Under the pieces are notes generated by a model. That model had not been told where the DNA came from and searched no databases. It saw only the letters and a list, made by a program, of their open reading frames with translations. From the NCBI GenBank assembly GCA_041736305.1, contig JBGSTX010000357.1, forward strand, positions 1-24,054: 24,054 nt of DNA. The letters are read 5' to 3'. How positions within the stretch are numbered: the stretch's first letter is position 1; every line of letters starts with the position of its first letter. This stretch comes from Oligoflexus sp. (lineage in GTDB: Bacteria; Bdellovibrionota_B; Oligoflexia; Oligoflexales; Oligoflexaceae). Shown one piece after another: positions 1-9,459 of the stretch. The translations under genes were made by a program, and so were the position numbers.

Positions 1-2
1 TT

Positions 3-479
3 GGCCTTACAAATAAGTTACAAGCCAACGAAAAGGTCAGGCTCGGTCCCCTTTATCTCGTCTGGGATAATATTAAAGAGCCACAACTCAAGGCAGAAGG
101 GGCATCTCAATGGCCCTATCAAATCGTATCGATCGACCTGGTTAGATTCCAGGATCGTTTTGCCGGTATGGCACCGGCTCGCGATGCTTCCAAAGAAGTT
201 GTGGACGGATTCCTCCTCTATCGGAAATCCTGCTCCAACTGTCACAGATTGAATGGGGTAGGTGGCGAGAAGGCTCCAGAACTCAACTACCCTGTGAGCG
301 TCACCGAATATTACCGTCCGGGCTTTCTTAAGCGCTGGATAGACTCCCCTCAAAATCTCCGCTGGCAGTCCCCCATGCCTCCGTTTAATCCCGAGCACCC
401 GAATAGAAAGCAGGCTATCGCTGCAATCGTCAGTTATCTCGAACACATGGCGCGGAACAAGAAGGAGCCAAAGCCCTGA
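3..479 (+). CDS. c-type cytochrome domain protein (5' partial, runs in from the window edge)
   Basis: Frame 3 is open from nt 3 (GLTNKLQ...GPLYLVWD...WPYQIV...) into the listed 168..479 ORF. It has a CxxCH heme motif (CSNCH) and a candidate distal Met ligand (SPMPPF). Confidence 0.8.
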   Translation, partial: GLTNKLQANEKVRLGPLYLVWDNIKEPQLKAEGASQWPYQIVSIDLVRFQDRFAGMAPARDASKEVVDGFLLYRKSCSNCHRLNGVGGEKAPELNYPVSVTEYYRPGFLKRWIDSPQNLRWQSPMPPFNPEHPNRKQAIAAIVSYLEHMARNKKEPKP

Positions 480-600
480 ATTTTTCCGGCCACTAGAGCG
501 AGCAGCTGAGTTTTGAGTGTAATTTACCTTTTGATCAAGTTTATAAGCATTTGTTTTTTTTGAACAAAAAATGATTCCTAAAATTCTTTAGCAATTTTTG

Positions 601-627
601 TAAAAATCTTCGAGAAGGCGCCGATAG
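601..627 (+). promoter_or_regulatory. sigma28 (FliA)-type promoter
   Basis: TAAA(601-604)-N15-GCCGATAG(620-627), 40 nt upstream of the PilZ gene ATG, with an AT-rich upstream tract. Confidence 0.7.
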
Positions 628-667
628 GAAAGATAGGAGACTGATTCGAAGCTTTCAAGGGGTTGAT

Positions 668-1411
668 ATGGCTCTTACTGCCAAGAAAAATGTAGACGAA
701 AACTTAGTGACCCAGAGCGTTGGCTTCGGCATGATGATCGTTGAAGGCTGGGAAAATAGTGTAAATTATGCCCTTTATGAAGTCTCGAATCAAAACATCG
801 GGATCATATCGAGCGATCCCCTCGAACTTGGTATGCGCGTCATCATCGAATTCCGCGAGAATATGCAAATTCCTATGGTCGTGCATCAGAACATTCCAAG
901 TTACAATCTGCCTGAGGGATTCAAACGCTACCGACTCATCTCCCTCGAGTCGACTGTGAATTTCGAGAACCTGCTGCCTGAGTCTAATCACAGGAAGTTT
1001 TCACTTTCTACCCGGCATCACTATCATGTGCGTTTTGTGCGCTTCTCTACAGAGATTCCAACTCTCATCGATGCCAAGACCTTTGGTGCTGGTCAGATCT
1101 ATACTCTGAAAACCATTAATATTTCTAAATCAGGTTTTCTGCTCGCGAGCCCTCCCGGATTCGGTGTTCCCTTCAACGAGGCCACACTTCTCGAGCTGAA
1201 TATTAAGCTCGCGCAGGGACAACAGGTCAAATGTCTTGGAAAAGTCGTTCGCTGTGAATACGATTTCGAACACAAGTACAAACGCTATGGTATAAATATC
1301 AGCGATTTTCACGATGATAGCCGAGAACTTTATTACTCTTACATCGATGATATCGAACACAGTAAAAATCGGCAGATTTTTCGCTTGCTGAAAATTTCTT
1401 CTCCCTACTGA
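668..1411 (+). CDS. PilZ domain-containing protein (putative c-di-GMP receptor)
   Basis: C-terminal half has an Arg-rich linker (RHHYHVRFVRF), an NxSxxG motif (NISKSG) and a PilZ-like ending (CLGKVVR...YGINI). AGGGG RBS upstream. Confidence 0.7.
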   Translation: MALTAKKNVDENLVTQSVGFGMMIVEGWENSVNYALYEVSNQNIGIISSDPLELGMRVIIEFRENMQIPMVVHQNIPSYNLPEGFKRYRLISLESTVNFENLLPESNHRKFSLSTRHHYHVRFVRFSTEIPTLIDAKTFGAGQIYTLKTINISKSGFLLASPPGFGVPFNEATLLELNIKLAQGQQVKCLGKVVRCEYDFEHKYKRYGINISDFHDDSRELYYSYIDDIEHSKNRQIFRLLKISSPY

Positions 1412-2229
1412 GGGACGCTAGCTTGTAGAAATCCCTTTTGGATCCACTGCCGTCGGCATTCAAATGCTGCCATCCCCAAGCTCACGGCAACGTTGAGCGA
1501 ATTCTTCCGCCCCCAGCAGGGAATCTCGATCGTTCCTGCGCAAAGGCTCAGCCTATTGCTTTCAAGCCCGTACCTTTCATTGCCCACAAGAATTCCGAGC
1601 TGCTGCTGCGGAAACTTAAAGTCTTCGAGAGCAATCGCCTGCTCGCTGGTCTCTAACGCGTAAACACTCAGCCTATTGTCCGCTAGTTCTTGAAGCAGCT
1701 CTCGGCAGTGTGGCCGCCACTCCCAGGCTAGATGTTTTTCTGTGCCCAGGGCGGCTTTACTAACCTTATCTTGGTCGGGCCTCGGTGTGTAGCCGCAGAG
1801 ATAAATCTTTTCAATGGCCATGCATTCAGCCGTGCGCAAGATGGAGCCTACATTGAAGGCCGATCGAATATTATCGAGAATAAGGATAAGCGGAAAAACT
1901 GCATTCTTTTGAACTTCTTCATGATCGCCTGTCCGCACGAGAAAATCAGCATCGCTAACGAGTCGGCCATGTTCTCGTTCGATAGGAACGAAAAGGCTCA
2001 AGAACTGTTGGTAGCTCGGATCAGGGGGGATTCTCTTCCGTAGCTCGCCAAGCTTCTGCACGAGTGGACTCTTATGATAAAGAGCCCAATCGAGCATTTC
2101 AAGAACCTTGCGCAGTTCTAGTTTTCTCGAGTCGGTGTCATCCCAAAGCTGTTCAAGTTTAAGAACCTGATCAAGCAGAGCGCGGACAGCCATGGCTTCG
2201 TTCAGTTCAAGAAAAGGTCGAAGCTGCAT
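1405..2229 (-). CDS. TrmH/SpoU-family RNA 2'-O-methyltransferase with N-terminal helical extension
   Basis: SPOUT motifs LDNIRSAFNVGSILRTAE, VGNERYG and KNSLNVAVS. Start moved to ATG 2229 (GAGGGA RBS, 10 nt after the metG stop) because the longer ORF overlaps metG. Confidence 0.9.
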   Translation of the reverse strand: MQLRPFLELNEAMAVRALLDQVLKLEQLWDDTDSRKLELRKVLEMLDWALYHKSPLVQKLGELRKRIPPDPSYQQFLSLFVPIEREHGRLVSDADFLVRTGDHEEVQKNAVFPLILILDNIRSAFNVGSILRTAECMAIEKIYLCGYTPRPDQDKVSKAALGTEKHLAWEWRPHCRELLQELADNRLSVYALETSEQAIALEDFKFPQQQLGILVGNERYGLESNRLSLCAGTIEIPCWGRKNSLNVAVSLGMAAFECRRQWIQKGFLQASVPQ

Positions 2230-2239
2230 GGCTGGTCCC

Positions 2240-4273
2240 TCAAGTAATTCTTTGACCCGGCAGGCCTTTGACATCGGGATAGAGGAGTGCAAGTTCTGTC
2301 CCATCACCAGCCGCCAAGACCATACCTTCACTGACCCCAAACTTCATCTTGCGGGGAGCTAGGTTAGCGACCATGACTGTCAGCTTACCAATGAGATCAG
2401 CCGGCTTATAGGCCGATTTGATGCCTGAAAAGACTTGCCGCGTTTCGCCTTCACCTAATTCAAGAGTGAGCTGGAGAAGCTTGGCGGCTCCCTCAACTTC
2501 ACGTGCATCGATAATTTTAACTATCCGCAGATCAATTTTCTGAAAATCTTCGATCGAGATCGTCGGCGCGATCGAGACGGCGGGAGCTACCTTACTCTCC
2601 TTTTGAGTCGGCTCACTGCTCTTTTCGGCTGCCGCAGCGACAAGTTTTTTGGTCTCTTCCAAGACCTTTTCTATCTGAACCATCTCGACTCTCTTCAGCA
2701 AATGTTCAAAAGGAGCGAGCTCGTGAAATTCCAGAATTTGCTGAGCGCTCGACCACACGTAAGGGCCTTCTTGAAACAATGCCTCGACCTTGAGAGCATA
2801 GCTCGGCAGCACAGGCTTGAGATAGACCGCCATGATCCGGAAGAGGTTGAGTATCGTTGTCAGTATCCCGAGGGTCGCCTCAGTGTCAGTCTTGATCAGT
2901 TTCCAGGGCTCGTAGCGATCGAAATACTTGTTAGCCTCGTCCGCTATCGAACGAACGAGTAGCATCGCTTTGGAAAAATCGCGGGCTTCGTAGAATTGGG
3001 CTATTTCGGTGCTGAGGCCTTGAGCCGCCTTGACCAGTTCTTGCCCCTCTTCCGGAAGCTGTCCCATTTTACCGCCGAGCTTTTGCAGCATCTGTGCTCC
3101 GCGCGACGCCACGTTGGTGATTTTGCCAATCAAGTCGGCATTCACACGCGAAACGAAATCGTCGAAATTAAGATCGATGTCATCGATCGACGAGCTCAGC
3201 TTGCAAGCTAAATAATAGCGAAGATAGCTAGGGTCAACGAATTCCTTGAAGGTAGACGCGAGCACAAAAGTCCCGCGGGACTTGCTCATCTTCGCGCCGT
3301 TGACCTGCAGCATACCGTGCACCAAAATACCTTGCGGGGTCTTGAGCCCTGCAGCCTTGAGCATGGCTGGCCAGAAGAGTGCGTGGTGATAGACTATGTC
3401 TTTGCCGATGCAGTGATAAATTTCGGCTTTGGGATCATTCCACAAACTGTCAAAACTCTTCCCTGCTTTGGCCCCCCACTCACCCAAGGATGCTAGATAA
3501 CCGATAGGAGCATCGAACCACACATAGAAAAACTTCTGCGGGTGCCCAGGAATCTCGAAACCGAAGTAGGGTGCATCGCGCGAAATACACCAAGACTGCA
3601 GATCACCGTCGAGCCATTCACCGAGCTTTTTGCTGATTTCAGGAGCGGTGTGCTCGCCGACCCATTCTTTGAGAAAGTCTCTAAAGTCGTTGAGCTTCAC
3701 GAACAAATGCTCGCTATCTCGCGTCGCGGGGGTGGCTCCACAGATGACGCATCGAGGCGACTTCAGTTCCTGAGCCGCGTAGACCGCACTGCAGTTTTCA
3801 CAACCGTCACCGTACTGGTCGGGAGTTCCGCAACGGGGACAGGTCCCCTTTACGAAGCGATCCGGCAAAAACATTTTATCGTGCTCGCAGTAAGCCTGCT
3901 TCAAAAGCTTGGACTCCAGATGTCCTTTGGACTCCAGAGCCTTGAAAATGCGATTGGAAATTTCCCGATTGCTCGGACTATTTGTCGAGCCGTAGTTATC
4001 GTACTCGATCTCATAGTCTTTAAAGACTTGCAGATGCTCGATCTTCGATGCCTCGATCAAGGCCTCAGGCGTCACGCCCTGCTTCTTGGCATTGATCATT
4101 ATGGGCGTGCCGTGGGTATCGTCGGCACAGATCGCCACACACTGATGACCGCGCATTCTTTGGAAACGCACCCAAAAGTTCACCATGCAATGCTCGACCA
4201 AATGGCCGAGGTGAATGGGCCCATTGGCGTAAGGGAGAGCGGGCGTAATGTATATTTGTCGCTGACCCGACAT
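2240..4273 (-). CDS. metG: methionine--tRNA ligase
   Basis: [13 protein letters not shown] (HIGH), KMSKS, Zn-knuckle Cys pairs (CPRC, CENC, CVIC) and a C-terminal tRNA-binding OB domain ([13 protein letters not shown]). AGGAAGG RBS. Confidence 0.98.
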   Translation of the reverse strand: MSGQRQIYITPALPYANGPIHLGHLVEHCMVNFWVRFQRMRGHQCVAICADDTHGTPIMINAKKQGVTPEALIEASKIEHLQVFKDYEIEYDNYGSTNSPSNREISNRIFKALESKGHLESKLLKQAYCEHDKMFLPDRFVKGTCPRCGTPDQYGDGCENCSAVYAAQELKSPRCVICGATPATRDSEHLFVKLNDFRDFLKEWVGEHTAPEISKKLGEWLDGDLQSWCISRDAPYFGFEIPGHPQKFFYVWFDAPIGYLASLGEWGAKAGKSFDSLWNDPKAEIYHCIGKDIVYHHALFWPAMLKAAGLKTPQGILVHGMLQVNGAKMSKSRGTFVLASTFKEFVDPSYLRYYLACKLSSSIDDIDLNFDDFVSRVNADLIGKITNVASRGAQMLQKLGGKMGQLPEEGQELVKAAQGLSTEIAQFYEARDFSKAMLLVRSIADEANKYFDRYEPWKLIKTDTEATLGILTTILNLFRIMAVYLKPVLPSYALKVEALFQEGPYVWSSAQQILEFHELAPFEHLLKRVEMVQIEKVLEETKKLVAAAAEKSSEPTQKESKVAPAVSIAPTISIEDFQKIDLRIVKIIDAREVEGAAKLLQLTLELGEGETRQVFSGIKSAYKPADLIGKLTVMVANLAPRKMKFGVSEGMVLAAGDGTELALLYPDVKGLPGQRIT

Positions 4274-4333
4274 GCGCTGTCCTTCCTATAAAAATATGCC
4301 GCAACGGCGACTCTACGTCACCGATAGGCCGCT

Positions 4334-4362
4334 ACTATACGCGAAAGAGCTGCTTCCGGAAA
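4334..4362 (-). promoter_or_regulatory. putative sigma70 promoter of metG
   Basis: Minus strand TTTCCG-N17-TATAGT, about 60 nt upstream of the metG ATG. Confidence 0.4.
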
Positions 4363-4370
4363 GCTTCGCC

Positions 4371-6887
4371 TCAGCTTCGCGGTTTTAAACCCGCAGATGG
4401 CACGTAGTTTAGGGGATCATCTGGCCAGGCATGCTTGGGGTAACGCCTTTTCAATTCCTTTTTTACCTCCTGGTAGCTCCCCTGCCAAAAACCTCGTAGA
4501 TCCTGTGTGATCTGGGCTGGCCTTCGACTCGGAGCCAAGAGTTTGATGAGCAGCGGCTGGCGCCCGCGGCATATCCTGGGGGTATCGATCTGACCAAAAA
4601 ACTCTTGGATTCGCGCCTCGATCCAGGGCTCACCTTCGTCTTCATAATGGATTTTCAGTTGTCGTCCGTTTTGCAGGAGGACAGTGTCGGGGCACAATTC
4701 ACGGAGGTGGACCAGATCGCTATAGTCGAGCTGATCTTCTATGGCTTGACGCAGATCTTTCGCATGCACTTCACTCAGAGAATGAGCTCCTTCACAGAGG
4801 TGAAGGATAAGCAGTTCGAGATAATCCCCTGCAAACTGTGGCATATTGTGCTCGACCTTGTTCCGGTCGAGTATCGCCAGCTTGTGGTGATAGGCTCGTA
4901 GTTCGGATACATTCTGGATAGAATCTGGCCAACGTTCGCTCACAACTGCCGCCAGATGCGCGCTCAATTCTCCGCCATCCGCTTGCTCGACGCTTTCACT
5001 GATGAGCAGCTTCCCGTAGAGCTCCTGTTTAATTTTTCTAACGCGTCCCGATTTTTCATCAAAACTAATTTCAAGGGTTTGCCGACGCAGTTCGAAAGGA
5101 TCAAGCTCGAGCCAGCTTGGGTCGATGGCCGTTGAAGTTTCGATGCGGGTTCGCTCTTGAGGGTCGGCACTGAGAGTTTCACGCGCATCGACGGCGACCA
5201 ACCACTCACTCTCGCGCACGATCGACCGTTCACCCAGTACGCCGCCGCGTCCCTGGCAAAAGTTGAAGTGCCGTAGACCACGTCCGCCTCTCTCGGCCAT
5301 GGGTCTGAATTTAGCGATACGATCAGCGAAAGCCAGGAAGATAGCTCGCCGCACCATGAGCTCGTCGAAACTTGATCCAAGAGACGACCAGGATGGCAAA
5401 CGCAGGCCCGGTCGCAGCGAATCATAAAGCTGCCGGATCCGCTGCGACTTATTTCGATCGAGGAGCGGGCTGCCTTGCAGAAGGAGTCCTAACTGATAGC
5501 AGACATCGCAAAGACCCTGCTCCCTTCGCCATTCATCTCGCCGCAAGACACCCTCTTCGTTGATGAGCAGCGCAGCCAAGAGACAGATGGCACCTTGTCC
5601 TTCCCTCTTTCCGGCGAGTACGAGTCGCGCCAAGCGAGGGTGCAGGGGTAGGCCGGCCATTTCCTTAGCGTCTGGACACAAGTTTCCACTGGAATCGAAG
5701 GCCTCCAAGTGTTCGAGCAGTTCCCGACTTTGCTTGATATGCAGATCTTCCGGTGACTCAAACCAGGGGAGTTCCTCCCAAGCCCTGGGAACTCCGGAAA
5801 AAATAACCTGGATCTCAAGCAGCATTTGCGAAAGGTCAATCCGTTGAATCTCGGGTTTGGTGAAGAGCGGCCGACTATTAAATTCGCTTTGGCTGTAAAG
5901 TCGATAGCAAACCCCGGGAGCGACGCGGCCAGCGCGCCCCGCTCTCTGAATCGCCGAAGCCTGACTTATGCGTTGACGTTCGAGAGTTGGTAGACCACTC
6001 CAGGGAGCATATCCAGAAATCTTGGCCCAACCCGTATCGATGACACCCTCGACCCTAGGCAAAGTCACCGAAGTCTCGGCGACGTTAGTTGAGAGTATTA
6101 GTTTGCGACGTCCTTCATCCCGAAAAAGTCGATCGTACTGACCCGCTAGCTCAGCCGTGAGGGGAACGATATCGATCGCGCTACTCAGAGTTCGCTCGAG
6201 GCGCTCGCGGCAGCTGTAGATTTCGCTCATGCCGCTCAAAAACACCAGTATGTTGCCTTTGCAGCGAGGGTCTTCCAGCATCTTATGGACAGCAACGGAC
6301 ACTTCGTCTTCTAGCTTCTGGTTCGGGCCACCCGGGTGGTATTCGACCACGATAGGAAAACTGCGACCCGGCACGTCAAAACTCGGCACCTCGCCTAGGT
6401 AGCTCTGGAGAGGTCCGAGTTCGAGGGTCGCCGACATCACCAGAACGCGCAGTTCTTTGCGTTGAAGAGAGATCGCCCGCAAAATCGCTAGCGCGAGATC
6501 GGTCTGCAGATGGCGCTCGTGAAACTCGTCGAGTATGACGAGATCGAATTCTTTGAGTTGTGGGTCCTGGAGCAATTTTCTGGTGAAGACCCCTTCTGTT
6601 ACGAAGAGCAAGCGGGTAGCAGCTGTCAGCTGCTTTTCAAGTCTGATTTGATAACCAACCAGCTGCCCCAAAGGCTCGCCACTCTGCGTGGCAACCCAGG
6701 AGGCAGCCAGGCGAGCCGCCAAGCGACGGGGTTGCACGACCAGAACTTTCTTAAAGTGTGTCAAAAGTGAGAGGGGCGCCCTCGTCGATTTTCCTGCTCC
6801 CGGCTCGGCCTTGAGGAGCACGAAGGGGGAAGCCTTGAGGGCCGCCGCAATCGCATCCAAGTATGGGTCGATGGGATATGTACTCAT
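4371..6887 (-). CDS. hrpB: ATP-dependent RNA helicase HrpB
   Basis: AEPGAGKST, DEFHER, MSAT, TNVAETSVT and QRAGRAGR motifs, plus the HrpB C-terminus (RPAQITQDLRGFW...RRYPKHAWPDDP). ATG 6887 with GAGG RBS preferred over TTG 6893. Confidence 0.95.
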   Translation of the reverse strand: MSTYPIDPYLDAIAAALKASPFVLLKAEPGAGKSTRAPLSLLTHFKKVLVVQPRRLAARLAASWVATQSGEPLGQLVGYQIRLEKQLTAATRLLFVTEGVFTRKLLQDPQLKEFDLVILDEFHERHLQTDLALAILRAISLQRKELRVLVMSATLELGPLQSYLGEVPSFDVPGRSFPIVVEYHPGGPNQKLEDEVSVAVHKMLEDPRCKGNILVFLSGMSEIYSCRERLERTLSSAIDIVPLTAELAGQYDRLFRDEGRRKLILSTNVAETSVTLPRVEGVIDTGWAKISGYAPWSGLPTLERQRISQASAIQRAGRAGRVAPGVCYRLYSQSEFNSRPLFTKPEIQRIDLSQMLLEIQVIFSGVPRAWEELPWFESPEDLHIKQSRELLEHLEAFDSSGNLCPDAKEMAGLPLHPRLARLVLAGKREGQGAICLLAALLINEEGVLRRDEWRREQGLCDVCYQLGLLLQGSPLLDRNKSQRIRQLYDSLRPGLRLPSWSSLGSSFDELMVRRAIFLAFADRIAKFRPMAERGGRGLRHFNFCQGRGGVLGERSIVRESEWLVAVDARETLSADPQERTRIETSTAIDPSWLELDPFELRRQTLEISFDEKSGRVRKIKQELYGKLLISESVEQADGGELSAHLAAVVSERWPDSIQNVSELRAYHHKLAILDRNKVEHNMPQFAGDYLELLILHLCEGAHSLSEVHAKDLRQAIEDQLDYSDLVHLRELCPDTVLLQNGRQLKIHYEDEGEPWIEARIQEFFGQIDTPRICRGRQPLLIKLLAPSRRPAQITQDLRGFWQGSYQEVKKELKRRYPKHAWPDDPLNYVPSAGLKPRS

Positions 6888-6997
6888 CGTCAAACCTCGA
6901 GGAAAAGAAGAAGCCAGCCCAAACGCCGCCGAACTTTCTCTGGTGGAGGGCTGGCCTCGGTGATAGAGAGTCTCTGACTATCAGCTAGGAAAGCCTT

Positions 6998-7948
6998 ATG
7001 GAACGACACAAAATTCAGGTCAGCTATAGACTCAACGGCATGCGTCTCGATCACGCGATTGCTGACTCCATTCCTGGAATGTCAAAAAGGCGCGCAAAAG
7101 CGATCATTGACCTTGGCGGCGCTTACCTAAATACGAAGAGAATTCGTGTCGCCTCGCGGACTGTGGGGAAAGGCGATCACATTGAAATTGAATACAATCC
7201 CAAGCTCTTCGAACCTGAGACTAAAGCTAAGCTAACCCTCGATGCAGCCTCTATACTCTTTCAAGATAAAAATCTCATCGTCATCAATAAACCTGCAGGC
7301 CTTCCTTCTCAATCCACGCGCGATCAGGCTGTACTGCATGTGATTCCTCTCCTGCAAAAGCTCTTAGACGAGATGGGCGAGGCACGTTCGGATCTACAGT
7401 TGGTTCATCGCCTCGACAAAGACACGACGGGTTGCCTCATCGTGGCTAAGAACAGCGAAACGATGACTTTTCTCACCGAACAGTTTCGCGAGAAATCTTT
7501 GCAGAAAACCTATCATGCGCTCTGCTGGGGCTTAACTCCCGAAGCTTTCGAAGAGACCTGCTACCTAAGTTCGATCCAAGGCCATAGCGGACAGGTAAAA
7601 GTCATGAAACGAGCTGGCAAGTTCTCCCAGACCCGTTTTCAGCTCATCCAGAGTTTTCCTTCCTTGCAGGTCTCTTGGGTGAAATGTCAGCCTATCACGG
7701 GACGCAGTCACCAGATTCGCGTTCATCTCGAGAAAAACGGCTTTCCTATCATTGGCGATAAAGTCTACGGGCAAGGTAAACAGCTTTTGCTCAACGAATC
7801 CTTGCAGGGCTTGGTTTCTCATCAGCTTTTGCACGCGGCCAGCATCACCTTTTCGCTGCCTGGCGAAGCCGAGCCTCTTACTGTAGAAGCTCCACATCCA
7901 GCAAGTTTTGCGGATTTCCTCAAAGAAGCGCAGAAGAGCCTCAGTTGA
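6998..7948 (+). CDS. RluA/RluD-family pseudouridine synthase with S4 domain
   Basis: N-terminal S4 (GMRLDHAI), INKPAG, catalytic VHRLDKDTTG, TGRSHQIRVH, PIIGDKVYG and LHA motifs. Confidence 0.95.
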   Translation: MERHKIQVSYRLNGMRLDHAIADSIPGMSKRRAKAIIDLGGAYLNTKRIRVASRTVGKGDHIEIEYNPKLFEPETKAKLTLDAASILFQDKNLIVINKPAGLPSQSTRDQAVLHVIPLLQKLLDEMGEARSDLQLVHRLDKDTTGCLIVAKNSETMTFLTEQFREKSLQKTYHALCWGLTPEAFEETCYLSSIQGHSGQVKVMKRAGKFSQTRFQLIQSFPSLQVSWVKCQPITGRSHQIRVHLEKNGFPIIGDKVYGQGKQLLLNESLQGLVSHQLLHAASITFSLPGEAEPLTVEAPHPASFADFLKEAQKSLS

Positions 7949-8152
7949 GAGCTGATCCTGTCGACTAGTTTCTGTTGCCGTACGTAATTTTGAGATAGCT
8001 TGAATTACTTGGTATCTTTTCAGAACAAACTCATTGAGTCCCTGATTTTCTTAAGAAATCGGAGAGTATCTGCCATTTTTCTTCCCTGCGCGCTATAGTG
8101 CGCTTCTAGAGTGTCGCTCAGAAGCCACCTCAGTTGATAAGGAGCACGGCTC

Positions 8153-9448
8153 ATGCTCATCGATATCCCAGAATTCTCTCTGGTTCTTTTGATTGGTCCT
8201 TCTGGAGCAGGTCAAATGAGCTTTATCGAGCGACATGTGCCTGTATCTGCCCTCATCACTGCAGAAAGCGCTTTGGAGCAAAGTCTCAGTGTGCAGGCCA
8301 AAGTGAAAACTGTCGGCATTGCCAGAGATCATGTACACCATCTCCTCACTCAAACTTCCCAGCGTCTGAAAGCTCGTCTCAAAACTGTAATCGATGCGAG
8401 TGGCTTCGAGGCCGATGCACGAAAGTCATTTGTTGATTTGGCTCGGCGCTATCATGCTCGCCTGGTAGCCATCGCCTTTGATGTGCCTAATGAAGGGATT
8501 GAGAATTCACGCAGTTCTGCGTCATTTTTAAGTCAGAAACGCAATCTGAACCATGAAGGATTTCATGAAATTTATACGCTGCGTTCCGAGCAGGATATTG
8601 CCAACGTTCATTTACGTTGGATCACCCCTCTCCACGACAAGCGTCAATTAACAGGGCCTTTTGACGTTATCGGCGATATCCATGGCTGCGCTGACGAGCT
8701 TGTCGATCTCTTGCATGCTCTCGGATATACCGTCGAAGAAAATGACGAGCAGGGACCTTCAGCTTGGCATCCTGAAGGGCGCATGATGGTGTTCGTCGGC
8801 GATATGGTGGATCGGGGTCCCGCCATCGTTAGAGTGCTTCAGCTGGTGATGAATTCGATAAAACGAGGCACGGCTCTCTGCGTCGTAGGAAATCATGAAA
8901 ACAAACTCGTCCGCTATCTGGCAGGCCGAAAGGTGAAGATCAGTCACGGTCTTGAGAAGACGATAGAACAGCTCGATCGGGCGCCAGCAACTCTCAAAAG
9001 CCAGCTGCCCATGTTTCTCAACAGCCTCAGCGATCACTTAATCCTCGACCAGGAACGTCTCGTCGTCGCTCATGCAGGAATTCGGGAAGATTTTATCGGC
9101 CGCAGCTCGGGAGAAATTCGCTCGTTCTGTCTCTACGGCGAAACCAATGGCGACCTCGATGAATACGGTCTGCCGGTTCGCTTACCCTGGGCTCGCAAGT
9201 ACGGCGGCGAGGCTTTGGTGGTTTATGGCCACACCCCTGTCCCAGAACCCCAGTGGGTCAGCAATACGGTAAATATAGATACAGGTTGTGTCTACGGAGG
9301 CGCCCTCAGCGCGCTTCGCTATCCAGAAAAGACCATTACCTCTGTGACGGCAAAGAAAACCTATTATGAGCCACGCCGTCCTTTTAAGGAGGAAGGCCGT
9401 CAAGGAAAGCGCCTGAATCACTTACGGAGAGAAGAGATTTCTTCCTAG
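8153..9448 (+). CDS. Pnkp-like protein: degenerate polynucleotide kinase domain plus metallophosphoesterase, no ligase domain
   Basis: N-terminus IPEFSLVLLIGPSGAG resembles bacterial Pnkp. Calcineurin-like motifs GDIHG, GDMVDRG, GNHE, HAG, YGHTP and IDTGCVYGG are intact. AAGGAG RBS. Confidence 0.85.
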   Translation: MLIDIPEFSLVLLIGPSGAGQMSFIERHVPVSALITAESALEQSLSVQAKVKTVGIARDHVHHLLTQTSQRLKARLKTVIDASGFEADARKSFVDLARRYHARLVAIAFDVPNEGIENSRSSASFLSQKRNLNHEGFHEIYTLRSEQDIANVHLRWITPLHDKRQLTGPFDVIGDIHGCADELVDLLHALGYTVEENDEQGPSAWHPEGRMMVFVGDMVDRGPAIVRVLQLVMNSIKRGTALCVVGNHENKLVRYLAGRKVKISHGLEKTIEQLDRAPATLKSQLPMFLNSLSDHLILDQERLVVAHAGIREDFIGRSSGEIRSFCLYGETNGDLDEYGLPVRLPWARKYGGEALVVYGHTPVPEPQWVSNTVNIDTGCVYGGALSALRYPEKTITSVTAKKTYYEPRRPFKEEGRQGKRLNHLRREEISS

Positions 9449-9459
9449 AGCCTCCCGGC

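Noticed and set aside
4-12. GCCTTACAA matching the tRNA-Val anticodon arm as a possible att repeat
   Set aside because: Only 9 bp, inside a coding frame, and compatible with chance.
3542-4291. Long antisense and alternative-frame ORFs (e.g. 3542..4291, 9637..10209, 17993..18532, 18665..19222)
   Set aside because: They are shadows of well-supported genes, with no motifs or RBS support.
6913-6955. GCCAGCCC/GGGCTGGC inverted repeat between hrpB and the pseudouridine synthase
   Set aside because: Single copy in a divergent spacer with no U-tract. No function can be assigned, and it is not a REP family within this window.
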